Assembly (NCBI GenBank): GCA_963674755.2
Contig: CAXXVS010000002.1
Span: 1,088,001 to 1,152,000 of the forward strand
Direction of reading: 5' to 3'
From: Desulfobacterales bacterium
GTDB lineage: Bacteria > Desulfobacterota > Desulfobacteria > Desulfobacterales > UBA5852
DNA: 64,000 bases
Each line of letters starts with the position of its first letter. Positions within the stretch are counted from its first letter, which is position 1. Shown here one piece after another: positions 20,599 through 30,444 of the stretch. The notes below the pieces were generated by a model that did not search any database, was not told where the DNA came from, and saw only the letters and a program-made list of their open reading frames with translations. The position numbers and the translations under genes are program-made.

Positions 20599-22101
20599 TC
20601 ATCCAAGAAGGGTGTTGAACATTTGACGCAACTCATCGAAGCGATACGGTTTGGCCACCACACCGCAAAAACCATAATCGGAATAATGCGTCACACCGGG
20701 ATCATTGGCATACCCGCTTGAAACAATCGCTTTCACTTGGGGGTCCAAAGCAATCAGGTGCCGAATGGTTTCCTTGCCGCCCATCCCGCCCTTGACGGTG
20801 AGGTCCAAGATAACGGCGTCAAAAGGGGAGCCTTTTTGCAACGCCGCTTCATAGGCGGCAATCGCCTCTTCGCCGTTGCAGGCAAAATGCGGTTCGAAAC
20901 CCAATTTCCCCAGCATGCTGCCTGCCAGTTTGCGAATCATGTTCTCGTCATCCATCACCAGGATCCTGCCGCTGAAAACGGATTGCTCGGAAACCGTGGC
21001 GGGTTCCGGAAGATCGGCTGCTCCGCAGGTCGAAAGGGAAGCCGGTAAAAACACGTGGAACAATGCGCCCTCACCCGAAGGAGCTTCGACAATGATTCGC
21101 CCCTCGTGTTGTTCGATAATAGAATTGGCAATGGACAAGCCCAGCCCCATACCGCGCTGTCCTCCCATTTCCTTGGTCGAAAAATAGGGATCAAATATTC
21201 TGCCCACGACTTCTGGAGAAATGCCGGTGCCGGTATCCTTGATGGAAACCGCCACATAACGGCCAGGCTTCATATGCGTGCCCTCCGGCATGGACTCCTG
21301 ATTGACCGCGCTGACAAAGAGAGTGCCGCCCTCCGGCATGGCCTCGCGGGCGTTGATGACCAGATTGTGGAAGGCCTGGCCGATCTGGGTGCGGTCCACA
21401 TCGGCGCACCGAAGGTCGGCGGCAATATGGAATTCCGCGACGATGTTGGAGCCGCTGAGCGCAAATGCGGTCACACTCTCGATCAACCCGGCGATGTCGA
21501 CCGTTTCCTTCTGGGGGGCGCCGCCTTTGGAAAAGGTGATGAGTCGATTGGTCAGCTCTTTGGCAATCAGGGCCGCATCCTGGGCTTGCGAAAGCCAATC
21601 GTATATGGCGTCGTCTTCCGGGATGCCGGTGAGGGCAAGGGATATGTTGCCCATGATGGCGGTTAACAAATTATTGTAATCGTGAGCGATGCCGCCGGAA
21701 AGCGCTGCTATTGACTCAAGCTGCCGGGCCTTGAGCAGTTCCTTTTCCATTTTTTTGTGTTCGGCGATGTCGCGCACGATAACAATCTGGACCTCTCCCG
21801 GTTCGCCCTCCACCGAATGCAATGAAACAGCGACGTCCCGAAGGGAGCCGTCAGCCATTTTTAAACATGCTTCCCACACCATTAACGGTTCCGAAGTTTC
21901 GGGCGGTTCCCGTTCTAGGTGAAAATCTGCCGGCAAACCATCGAACAGGTCGTCCAGTGTCTGTCCAGTCATTTTGGAGCGCGTCATATCCGTCATATTC
22001 AACATGGCACAATTGACTTGGCGAACACGTCCTCCCTCGAACGTGATAATGCCTTCGTCGATACGTTCGATGATAATCGGATCGTATGGTTTGCTGATCA
22101 T
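20599..22101 (-). CDS. PAS hybrid histidine kinase (HisKA-HATPase-REC)
   Basis: GGIAHDYNN, NLVINAREAM, DTGTG, FDPYFSTK, GLGL, C-terminal receiver; start approximate. Confidence 0.92.
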   Translation of the reverse strand: MISKPYDPIIIERIDEGIITFEGGRVRQVNCAMLNMTDMTRSKMTGQTLDDLFDGLPADFHLEREPPETSEPLMVWEACLKMADGSLRDVAVSLHSVEGEPGEVQIVIVRDIAEHKKMEKELLKARQLESIAALSGGIAHDYNNLLTAIMGNISLALTGIPEDDAIYDWLSQAQDAALIAKELTNRLITFSKGGAPQKETVDIAGLIESVTAFALSGSNIVAEFHIAADLRCADVDRTQIGQAFHNLVINAREAMPEGGTLFVSAVNQESMPEGTHMKPGRYVAVSIKDTGTGISPEVVGRIFDPYFSTKEMGGQRGMGLGLSIANSIIEQHEGRIIVEAPSGEGALFHVFLPASLSTCGAADLPEPATVSEQSVFSGRILVMDDENMIRKLAGSMLGKLGFEPHFACNGEEAIAAYEAALQKGSPFDAVILDLTVKGGMGGKETIRHLIALDPQVKAIVSSGYANDPGVTHYSDYGFCGVVAKPYRFDELRQMFNTLLG

Positions 22102-22123
22102 AAGCTCTTTCCGGCAAAAATCC

Positions 22124-22444
22124 TTAATGGAGGGTGATGTCATCGCGCAGAAACCAGTCTTCGGGCGGGATGACAATGGTTTTGGTTCTTTCCTGGCCCC
22201 AGGCAAACAGGATCAGCTCCCGCGTGTCTTCCACCCAGAACCCGGTGCAAGGGACTCCCGGAGGACCGTTTTCCGACGGCCTCAACGTGGCATCGCCACA
22301 GGGACAAAGGGCCATGTCGTAAAGCGCTTGGTAGATACGATGCTGGGATGCCTGATCGATTTCAATATCTTCAAGCGATATTTCATTGAGCCGATCGGTG
22401 GCAATGTCGAGCGCAAGGCTGACCGATTGTTTGATGCGTTTCAA
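22124..22444 (-). CDS. Hypothetical protein (~106 aa)
   Basis: TTG start after GGAGG; sigma28-like promoter upstream; adjacent to kinase gene. Confidence 0.6.
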   Translation of the reverse strand: MKRIKQSVSLALDIATDRLNEISLEDIEIDQASQHRIYQALYDMALCPCGDATLRPSENGPPGVPCTGFWVEDTRELILFAWGQERTKTIVIPPEDWFLRDDITLH

Positions 22445-22520
22445 GGGTTTCCTCCATTCCCTGACAATCTTATGCCGGCAGCTGCATGACGCGAAGTGCG
22501 GCTGTGATACGTTGCTGTCG

Positions 22521-22547
22521 TTATCGGCAAATGACGGCAAACCCTAA
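22521..22547 (-). promoter_or_regulatory. Putative sigma28 promoter
   Basis: Minus strand TTAG-N15-GCCGATAA (perfect -10, imperfect -35). Confidence 0.5.
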
Positions 22548-22655
22548 AGTAAATTCAATTAGCAATGCACAGCTTGGTTTGAATCTGGAATTCTTGATCC
22601 CTCCTGAGCAAATGCTGTCCCTCCATCCCATCAAGCAACAACCGACATAACCGAA

Positions 22656-22671
22656 CGTCAATCGTTTGACG
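22656..22671. promoter_or_regulatory. Putative enhancer site (FleQ-box-like)
   Basis: CGTCAATCGTTTGACG (GTCAA-N4-TTGAC), ~110 bp upstream of the sigma54 promoter of the glycosylation island. Confidence 0.65.
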
Positions 22672-22780
22672 AATGCGGGTTCATCAGAAGTGCCGCGAGG
22701 TTCGAAAGCATTCCCGGAGTTATGGCACTACCATTATTTACTATCTGATATTTTTAGCTATTTTTTTTTCTTGTCAATTC

Positions 22781-22796
22781 TGGCATTTCATTTGCA
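22781..22796 (+). promoter_or_regulatory. sigma54 promoter, glycosylation operon 1
   Basis: TGGCAT-TTCAT-TTGCA. Confidence 0.8.
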
Positions 22797-22962
22797 ACTT
22801 AGCAGAGAAAATGGCCGAAGATGCGAATCGTCATTCAAGAATCAGGATTTTTGCATTGCCCAAAGGAAGTATTGCGGTTGGTTAGCCGCCTCTTCGTCTG
22901 CCGCAAACGTTACGCGAAATCACTTTGATCCCCCAATGATCAAAGTTTGAAAGTTCGATGAC

Positions 22963-23955
22963 ATGCAAATCAAAAACCGAAATATACTGGTCACCGGTGC
23001 TGACGGCTTTATCGGATCGCATTTGACAGAGATGTTGGTGCAAAGAGGGGCCAAGGTTAAAGCATTGACCTGTTACAATTCATTTAACACTTGGGGATGG
23101 CTCGAGGATCTCGATTGCCTTTCAGAGGTCGAAATTGTCTGCGGGGACATCCGCGACGCTCAGTTTTGCCGCTCCATAACGAGAAACATCGACATTGTTT
23201 TTCATTTAGCAGCGCTCATTGCCATCCCCTATTCATATCAAGCGCCCCAAAGCTACATCGAGACCAACGTCAATGGAACGCATAATATCTGCCAAGCTGC
23301 GTTGGAGAACAATTGTCAACGGGTTCTTCACACATCGACAAGCGAGGTTTACGGAACAGCCCGTTATGTCCCAATTGATGAGAATCATCCCCTGCAACCC
23401 CAGTCGCCTTACAGTGCCACCAAAATCGGCGCCGATGCATTGGCCACGAGCTTTTTCCATTCGTTCGGTCTTCCTTTGGTAATCGGCCGCCCTTTCAATA
23501 CGTATGGGCCTCGTCAATCGGCACGCGCGGTCATCCCTACCATTATCTCCCAAATCGCTTCCGGACGTAACACCATTGTTTTGGGTGATACCCGACCAAC
23601 TCGCGATTTCACATTTGTAAAGGATACCTGTAGCGGTCTTATTGCCCTAGCGGAATGCGATAAGGCGGTCGGCGAGGTCGTCAATATTGGGAGCAATCAG
23701 GAAATCCGCATCCAGGATCTTGCCCATCTGATTGCTGAGGTAATGGAGGCAACAATCACCCTAAAAGCATCAAACGAACGCTTGCGACCTAAAAATTCGG
23801 AGGTTTTTAGACTTTTGTGTGACAACCGCAAATTCTTGACCTTAACAGGTTATAAGCCAAGCTACGCGTTTCGTGAAGGACTGCACGCCACCGTAGCCTG
23901 GTTTAGGACCGCGGATCATTTGAATCGGTATAAAGCGGATATCTACAATGTGTAA
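22963..23955 (+). CDS. legB: NAD-dependent nucleotide-sugar 4,6-dehydratase, LegB-like
   Basis: VTGADGFIGSHL, YNSFNTWGWL, HLAALIAIPYSY, YSATK, RPFNTYGPRQS, C-terminal YKADIYNV. Confidence 0.8.
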   Translation: MQIKNRNILVTGADGFIGSHLTEMLVQRGAKVKALTCYNSFNTWGWLEDLDCLSEVEIVCGDIRDAQFCRSITRNIDIVFHLAALIAIPYSYQAPQSYIETNVNGTHNICQAALENNCQRVLHTSTSEVYGTARYVPIDENHPLQPQSPYSATKIGADALATSFFHSFGLPLVIGRPFNTYGPRQSARAVIPTIISQIASGRNTIVLGDTRPTRDFTFVKDTCSGLIALAECDKAVGEVVNIGSNQEIRIQDLAHLIAEVMEATITLKASNERLRPKNSEVFRLLCDNRKFLTLTGYKPSYAFREGLHATVAWFRTADHLNRYKADIYNV

Positions 23956-24718
23956 CAAGGCTGTTATTCTGGCAGGTGGCAAGGGAACCCGCCTGGCGCC
24001 CTATACGACCGTGTTTCCCAAACCTCTCGTGCCGTTGGGGCATCGACCAATTCTGGAGATTATAACCCTCCAGCTCATGCATCACGGTATCACGGATATC
24101 GTTTTAAGTCTGGGCTACCTCGGTGAACTTATCCAAGCCTATTTTCAAAATGCCAACGGGCGCTTCGCCAACTTGAACCTGAGCTATATCAAAGAAAAAA
24201 AGCCTCTGGGTACAGCGGGCTCCCTTGCATTGATACCGGATTTCCATGAAACCTGTATCGTAATGAACGGCGATGTACTGACGACCATGGACTACTCTCA
24301 GCTCGTCAGCCATCACAAGGCCCATGAGGGCATCCTCACCATCGGCATGTTCCGCAAACCGGTCAATATCGATCTGGGTGTGATTGAAACCGATCCCGAC
24401 GGCGCCATCACGGCCTATATCGAAAAGCCGACCCAGCAATATAACGTCAGCATGGGGATCTACGTGTATGAACCCGAGGTTCTGAAATACATCGAACCCG
24501 ACACCTACCTCGATTTTCCCGATCTTGTGAGCCGATTGTTGGCGCACGGCGAAAGAGTGGTCGGCTATTCGTTTGACGACTTCTGGCTTGATATCGGACG
24601 CCATGAAGATTATGCCCTGGCCCAGCAGCAATTCGACAGCATGCAAGAGCGCTTGCTTCCGACTGACAACCCAATCCCTTACGGTGAAATGAATCATGTG
24701 GACCATCTCCTTATCTGA
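23948..24718 (+). CDS. Sugar-phosphate nucleotidyltransferase
   Basis: ILAGGKGTRLAPYT...PKPLVP, PLGTAG, MNGD, WLDIGR. Confidence 0.9.
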   Translation: MCNKAVILAGGKGTRLAPYTTVFPKPLVPLGHRPILEIITLQLMHHGITDIVLSLGYLGELIQAYFQNANGRFANLNLSYIKEKKPLGTAGSLALIPDFHETCIVMNGDVLTTMDYSQLVSHHKAHEGILTIGMFRKPVNIDLGVIETDPDGAITAYIEKPTQQYNVSMGIYVYEPEVLKYIEPDTYLDFPDLVSRLLAHGERVVGYSFDDFWLDIGRHEDYALAQQQFDSMQERLLPTDNPIPYGEMNHVDHLLI

Positions 24719-25877
24719 CACTCGCTTCGATACCGGCGATGCGGAGGCGGTATGCAACGTACTGGCCTCAGGATGGATCAGCATGGGTGCGGTCACCGAG
24801 CAGTTCGAGCGGCGCTTTGCCGAGATGGTCGGCGCACGGCATGCCATTGCGGTTGCCAACGGAACAGCTGCCCTACACCTGGCGCATCGGGCGGTCGGCA
24901 TAGGTCCTGATGACGAAGTGATCTGCCCCGCGCTCACCTTCGTGGCCACCGCCAATGCAATCGTATACGCCGGGGGGCGTCCTGTATTTGCCGATATCCA
25001 AGGTGACCATAATCTGACCGTATCACCTGCATCGATCGAAGAACGGATCACCGATAAAACGCGCGCCATAACCGTGGTCCATTATGCCGGCCACCCTTGC
25101 GACATGCACGTTATCCTTTCTATTGCCCAACGGTATAACCTCCATGTGATCGAAGACAGCGCCCACGCCCCCGGCGCCCGCATCGGCAACCGGTACTGCG
25201 GAACATTCGGCGACATCGGCTGCTTCAGTTTTTTCGCCAACAAAAACATGACCACCGCCGAAGGCGGCATGATCACCACGGACAACGACCTGCTGGCCCG
25301 TCTTATTCGCCGCATGCGCTCCCACGGCATGACGTCCTCGACCCTCGATCGCCATCAGGGGCATGCCTACAGCTACGACGTCGTGGAACTGGGCTACAAT
25401 TACCGGATCGATGAAATCCGATCCGCATTAGGGTTGCGTCAGATAGATAATCTACCCCGCTGGAATGCCCGCCGGGGAGAGCTTCAGCAGCGCTACCGCG
25501 ACCGGTTATCGGACATCGATCACCTGTTCATCCCTTTTTCCAGCCCGCAAGGCGAGCCCGCCCATCATATCTTCCCCATCCTGCTGGCAAGGGATATCGA
25601 TCGGCGGGACTTTATGGCCTATTTGAAAGCACTAGGGATCCAGACCAGCATCCACTACCCCCCGGTGCATCTTTTCAGCCACTATCGCCGTGCCTTCGGC
25701 TGCAGCGAGGGGCTGCTGCCCCGAACCGAAGACGTCGCCGCCCGGGAAGTGACCTTGCCGCTATACCCGGTCATGCAAAACGAAGATGTGGACACCGTCT
25801 GCCGGAGCGTCAAATCCTATTTCGTACGGTCGGGAATGCACGCGGGCCCGGGCCGTGCCTTTTCAACCCATCCGTAA
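24696..25877 (+). CDS. DegT/DnrJ/EryC1/StrS PLP sugar aminotransferase 1
   Basis: NGTAALHLA, EDSAHA, FSFFANKNMTTAEGG, GYNYR. Confidence 0.93.
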   Translation: MWTISLSDTRFDTGDAEAVCNVLASGWISMGAVTEQFERRFAEMVGARHAIAVANGTAALHLAHRAVGIGPDDEVICPALTFVATANAIVYAGGRPVFADIQGDHNLTVSPASIEERITDKTRAITVVHYAGHPCDMHVILSIAQRYNLHVIEDSAHAPGARIGNRYCGTFGDIGCFSFFANKNMTTAEGGMITTDNDLLARLIRRMRSHGMTSSTLDRHQGHAYSYDVVELGYNYRIDEIRSALGLRQIDNLPRWNARRGELQQRYRDRLSDIDHLFIPFSSPQGEPAHHIFPILLARDIDRRDFMAYLKALGIQTSIHYPPVHLFSHYRRAFGCSEGLLPRTEDVAAREVTLPLYPVMQNEDVDTVCRSVKSYFVRSGMHAGPGRAFSTHP

Positions 25878-25894
25878 CGATTGATTATATCGCA

Positions 25895-26614
25895 ATGGCA
25901 AAGAGCACATCTCATAACGAAACCATGCCGAACGGCTTTCTGCGGGAAGGTCACCTGTCTGCACGACGCTATACGGTGGCCCTGCTCTTCGACCGGGACA
26001 ACGACTGGCTTTATCATACGATGCAATCGACTGAGCGCCTGGCAGCCATGAAGGCCCGCTACGGCATCAGCATCCATTTCGATCACCGCACGGTTCGCGA
26101 GCGCGATATCGTTTTCGTCCTAGGCTACACCAAACTGCTGAAACCCGAATTCCTGGCGGCCAACAAACTTACCCTGGTGGTGCATGAAAGCGATCTCCCC
26201 CGGGGTAAAGGCTTCTCTCCCGTTCAATGGCAAATTCTGGAAGGACGCAACGAAATCACCGTCTGCCTGATTCAAGCCACGTCAAACCTGGATGCCGGTG
26301 ATATTCTGGAAAAAGATACCCTGCGGCTGCAGGGACATGAACTTTTCGATGAAATCCGCCGCCGGCAGGCCGAAATGACGCTGACGCTGATGGAGCGTTT
26401 CCTGAAGCGCTATCCGCATTTTTCGGCGATCTCCCAGCATGGCCGGGAAACCGTCTACCGCCGGCGTACCAGCCGCGACGATCGTCTCGACGTCCACCGC
26501 TCTATCGCCGACCAGTTCAATGCCCTGCGAATCGCCGACAATGAAAGGTATCCAGCTTATTTCGAGCTGAATGGCCACACCTACTACCTGAAAATCTACA
26601 GGAAACCGTCGTGA
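25895..26614 (+). CDS. Formyltransferase-like protein (probable sugar N-formyltransferase)
   Basis: VVHESDLPRGKGFSP, LDAGDI, LRIADNERYPAYF. Confidence 0.75.
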   Translation: MAKSTSHNETMPNGFLREGHLSARRYTVALLFDRDNDWLYHTMQSTERLAAMKARYGISIHFDHRTVRERDIVFVLGYTKLLKPEFLAANKLTLVVHESDLPRGKGFSPVQWQILEGRNEITVCLIQATSNLDAGDILEKDTLRLQGHELFDEIRRRQAEMTLTLMERFLKRYPHFSAISQHGRETVYRRRTSRDDRLDVHRSIADQFNALRIADNERYPAYFELNGHTYYLKIYRKPS

Positions 26615-27690
26615 GGAAACAGACCGTTATCAACAAAGGCAATTACACCATGGAACCGGATGAGCGCGAGGCGCGCTTCGAGACTTTGCGGGCCTTTGGA
26701 TGGGAAAAAGAGTACGCGGTCTACCGTCGTCAATGGCATGACCTCCCCCAGGAGCGTCGTGTATCCAATTATCCCCTGCTTGTGGATATCGAACTATCGT
26801 CGATTTGCAACCTGCACTGCCCCATGTGCTATACGATAACGGATCAGTTCAAACAGCAGGTCCCTGCAACCCTGATGAATTTTGACCTGTTCAAAAAAAT
26901 CGTCGATGAGATAGGCGGACGCGTACCCGCCCTGCGCCTCTCGTACCGGGGTGAGCCCACGCTTCACCCGCGGTTCATCGACTGCATCCGTTACGCCAAA
27001 GCCAGCGGCATTGGTGAAGTTTCCTTCCTCACCAACGGAAGTCGTCTGTCCTCTCCCTATTTTGAAAAAATCCTGGCCGCCGGCGCCGATTGGATTACGG
27101 TTTCGGTTGACGGTATCGGGGCTGAATATGAACGCATTCGTTCACCATTGAAGTTCGAGGCGACCTTCAGCCGTCTCAAGGCGATGCACGCCCTCAAACT
27201 CAAGGCAGGCGCCGACAAACCCGTGATCAAGGTTCAGAGCGTCTGGCCGGCCATCCAGCGCAATCCCGAAGAGTATTATAATCTTCTCGCTCCATGGGTC
27301 GATCTGATCGCATTCAATCCCCTGATCGATTTCATGAATTCGGATGACAACATCGCCTATATCGATCAATTTTATTGCCCCCAGCACTATCAACGACTGG
27401 TCATCGGCGCCGACGGCCGCGCCATGATGTGCGCGAATGATGAAAATACGGAAGAACCCGTCGGCAATGCCGTCGAATCATCCATCCACGCTATCTGGCA
27501 CGGCCGCCGTTTGACGGAAATACGGGCCTGCCACCAATCCGTCGAAGGCTTCAAACATGTGGCGGTCTGCCGGCGCTGTTATCTCCCGCGGGTGGTGGAC
27601 ACCCGAGAAACGGCAACGGTCAACGGACGGACCTTTGCCATTGCTAATTATGCCCGAGCTAACCTGGGCGATTGTTTAACCGCAAGCTGA
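26611..27690 (+). CDS. Radical SAM / SPASM-domain protein
   Basis: CNLHCPMC (CxxxCxxC), GEP, C-terminal C...C...CRRC. Confidence 0.9.
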   Translation: MRKQTVINKGNYTMEPDEREARFETLRAFGWEKEYAVYRRQWHDLPQERRVSNYPLLVDIELSSICNLHCPMCYTITDQFKQQVPATLMNFDLFKKIVDEIGGRVPALRLSYRGEPTLHPRFIDCIRYAKASGIGEVSFLTNGSRLSSPYFEKILAAGADWITVSVDGIGAEYERIRSPLKFEATFSRLKAMHALKLKAGADKPVIKVQSVWPAIQRNPEEYYNLLAPWVDLIAFNPLIDFMNSDDNIAYIDQFYCPQHYQRLVIGADGRAMMCANDENTEEPVGNAVESSIHAIWHGRRLTEIRACHQSVEGFKHVAVCRRCYLPRVVDTRETATVNGRTFAIANYARANLGDCLTAS

Positions 27691-27755
27691 TGAGGAGCCC
27701 GGACCGTCGCGCCAGCTATTCGCCGGGAGATCATTTTCGTGACATAGGGGCTATC

Positions 27756-28772
27756 ATGCTGAAGCATTATCACCCTCTGCGCTGCTATATCATTGCCGAA
27801 ATCGGCGGCAATTTTACAACCTTCGAACAGGCGCGTCTCTTGGTCGACCTGGCGGCCTCCTGCGGAGTGGATGCCGTCAAGCTGCAAACCTATCGCGCAG
27901 ATACGATCGTCAATCGTACCGCCCTGTTTGATCTGGACAATATCGGCCAGCTTCCGCAACATGAATTTTTCCGCCGGTTTGAAATCGACGAAGCGCTTCA
28001 CCGGGAGGTTTTCGACTACATCCGCTCCAAAAAACTGGACTGGTTCTCGACCCCCTCGCATCCCAGCGATGTGGAGCTGCTCGAGCGGCTTAAGGTTCCT
28101 GCTTATAAAATCGGTGCCGATGACGCGACCAACCTGCCGCTCCTGCGTCTTGTGGCGTCGAAAGGAAAGCCGCTGTTTCTTTCGACTGGTCTGTGCACGC
28201 TCGACGAAGTCAGAGAGGCCGTCGATACGGTGCTCGCCGCCGGCAATCGGCACCTGTTCCTTTTTCACACCGTTTCCAACTACCCAACCCGTCCGGAGGA
28301 AGTCAATCTCCGGGCCATCCGGACGCTGCAACAGGCATTTCCCCAGATCCCAGTCGGCTTTTCGGACCACACCATTGGAACCAACGCTGCCATATTTGCG
28401 GCCGCGTTAGGCGCCCGGTTCATCGAAAAACATTTCACCTGGGATAATAAAGCCGATGGCCCGGATCACCTCATATCGGCGACACCGGAGGAGATGAAAG
28501 CCATCGTGGATGCCATCCGTGAGCTGGAAGTCATGCAGGGGGACGGCTCCAAATTACCGGTAGGCAAAGAAGTGGGGAATCGCCTTAAAAACCGCAAGAG
28601 CATTGTTCTTGTGAAGCCGGTGGAAAAAGGCGGCCCTTTGACGCCGGCCGTTATGGATATCAAACGGCCCGGATTCGGCATCGCCCCTAAATACATCGAT
28701 CGGGTTGTCGGATGCCTGGCCAGCCGCGATCTTGAAGCGGACGAGGTTCTCCAGTGGTCCGATATCCATTGA
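27756..28772 (+). CDS. NeuB-family nonulosonic acid synthase with SAF domain
   Basis: IIAEIG, AVKLQTY, YKIG, STG, GFSDHT, IEKHFT, KRPGFGI. Confidence 0.92.
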   Translation: MLKHYHPLRCYIIAEIGGNFTTFEQARLLVDLAASCGVDAVKLQTYRADTIVNRTALFDLDNIGQLPQHEFFRRFEIDEALHREVFDYIRSKKLDWFSTPSHPSDVELLERLKVPAYKIGADDATNLPLLRLVASKGKPLFLSTGLCTLDEVREAVDTVLAAGNRHLFLFHTVSNYPTRPEEVNLRAIRTLQQAFPQIPVGFSDHTIGTNAAIFAAALGARFIEKHFTWDNKADGPDHLISATPEEMKAIVDAIRELEVMQGDGSKLPVGKEVGNRLKNRKSIVLVKPVEKGGPLTPAVMDIKRPGFGIAPKYIDRVVGCLASRDLEADEVLQWSDIH

Positions 28773-29485
28773 TCGGCGTTGTCGTCCAGGCCCGCATGGG
28801 CTCGACGCGTCTGCCCGGGAAAGTGCTGATGCCAATCGGCAGCCGGCCGCTTCTGGACCATATCCTGCGACGGATCGAGCGCCTGGAGCATCCGGCCCGG
28901 GTCGTTATCGCCACCAGCACCGCCCTGCGCGACGACAGCGTGGCCCGCTTTGGCCGAGATAACGGCGTTGAGGTCTATCGCGGCAGCGAAAAGGATGTCC
29001 TCGGCCGCTACCGCCACTGTGCGATGGCCTTCAGCTTCGACCATGTTGTCAGGCTCACCGGGGACAACCCTTTCGTGGACGTGGACGAACTCGACCGGCT
29101 CATTGCATTGCACCTGCGACATCATGCGGACTATTCATCCTCCCTCGGCAGTCTGCCCGAAGGCGTCGGTGCGGAAATCTTCACCTCCGCCGCCCTGCAG
29201 ACGAGCCACACCCACGGCCGTGAAGAGCACCACCGCGAGCATGTCAACGAATATATTCTGGAGCACCCGGAGCGTTTTCGGATCATGGACCTGACCGTGC
29301 CGGTGATCAAGCAACGACCGGATATCCGACTGACCGTCGATACTCCCGAAGATTTCCGCCGGGCCTGTCGGATCGCCGATGCCTGCGGCGGTTCTTCGGT
29401 CGGCACCGTGGAGGCCATCGCCATGGTCGCCCCCAAGGATTGGCGCCTGCCGAAGCCTGTTCCAGGCGAGGTTCAAGGCACATGA
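28754..29485 (+). CDS. Cytidylyltransferase 1 (SpsF-like)
   Basis: QARMGSTRLPGKVL, RGSEKDVLGRY, RLTGDNP, REHV, RLTVDTPED. Confidence 0.88.
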   Translation: MVRYPLIGVVVQARMGSTRLPGKVLMPIGSRPLLDHILRRIERLEHPARVVIATSTALRDDSVARFGRDNGVEVYRGSEKDVLGRYRHCAMAFSFDHVVRLTGDNPFVDVDELDRLIALHLRHHADYSSSLGSLPEGVGAEIFTSAALQTSHTHGREEHHREHVNEYILEHPERFRIMDLTVPVIKQRPDIRLTVDTPEDFRRACRIADACGGSSVGTVEAIAMVAPKDWRLPKPVPGEVQGT

Positions 29486-30444
29486 TCGCCATCTGCATCG
29501 AATCCTCCCATGCCAAGGGGCTGGGGCATCTGTTTCGCGGCATCCACCTGGCCCGTTGTCTGGCGCGCCACCACCGGCGGCACATCATTCTGGTCAACCG
29601 TCATCCGCCTTCGATCCGACTTTTGGAAGCATCCGGGCTTCCCTTTATGATCGTCCCCCTGAATGCCGCACAAGAATGGGAACCGTCTGTCATCACCGAA
29701 CTTGGCATTGATCTCTGGATCAATGACCGGCTGGATACCTCTCGCCGGCATGCCGAACGGGTCAAGGCCTGCGGTGTGGCCCTGGCAACTTTTGACGACG
29801 CCGGCAACGGGGCGGCCTTGAGCGATCTGCACATCGCCCCGTTGGCCGGTTTCCGCCGCGCGCCATTGACGGGAGAAAGGCTGCTGACCGATCTGCGCTA
29901 CCTGATTCTTGACCCGGCCCTGTCCCCATATCGACGCCCCCGCGAGAAGATGAACCGGCTTCTGGTCACACTGGGCGGCAGCGACACCCACGCCGTTGTG
30001 ATCACGGTTGTGGACATGCTCACCCGGTTGGGTTGGGGTGCCACGATCCATAGCGGTCCCGGTTCCAAGTACGGCGACGACCTTAAACGCAGGTTGGGGA
30101 AAGCCTTTACACTGGCGTCCTCGGTACCGTCCATGGGCGCCCTGTATTGGGAACACGACCTGGCCATTACCGGCGGCGGCATCACGCCTTTTGAAGCGGC
30201 GGCCACCGGTCTGCCAACGGTGGTTATCGCCAATGAACCTTTCGAAATACCGACCGGAACTTTCTTGGCGGCCAAAGGGGCAGCCTGTTTTGCGGGGCAT
30301 CACGCCCGGCTTACATTTGACGGGCTTGACAACGCCCTTGCGGCGGCCGGGGAGCGATTGTGCGCAATGAGTGCCTGCGGCCTGTCAACCATCCCCCAAG
30401 ACGGGGTTGAGAATGTTTACCATGCCATTTGCCGATACTTATAA
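29482..30444 (+). CDS. PseG/SpsG-like GT-B nucleotide-sugar hydrolase
   Basis: GLGHLFRG, LVTLGGSD, GGITPFEAAATGLP. Confidence 0.8.
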   Translation: MIAICIESSHAKGLGHLFRGIHLARCLARHHRRHIILVNRHPPSIRLLEASGLPFMIVPLNAAQEWEPSVITELGIDLWINDRLDTSRRHAERVKACGVALATFDDAGNGAALSDLHIAPLAGFRRAPLTGERLLTDLRYLILDPALSPYRRPREKMNRLLVTLGGSDTHAVVITVVDMLTRLGWGATIHSGPGSKYGDDLKRRLGKAFTLASSVPSMGALYWEHDLAITGGGITPFEAAATGLPTVVIANEPFEIPTGTFLAAKGAACFAGHHARLTFDGLDNALAAAGERLCAMSACGLSTIPQDGVENVYHAICRYL

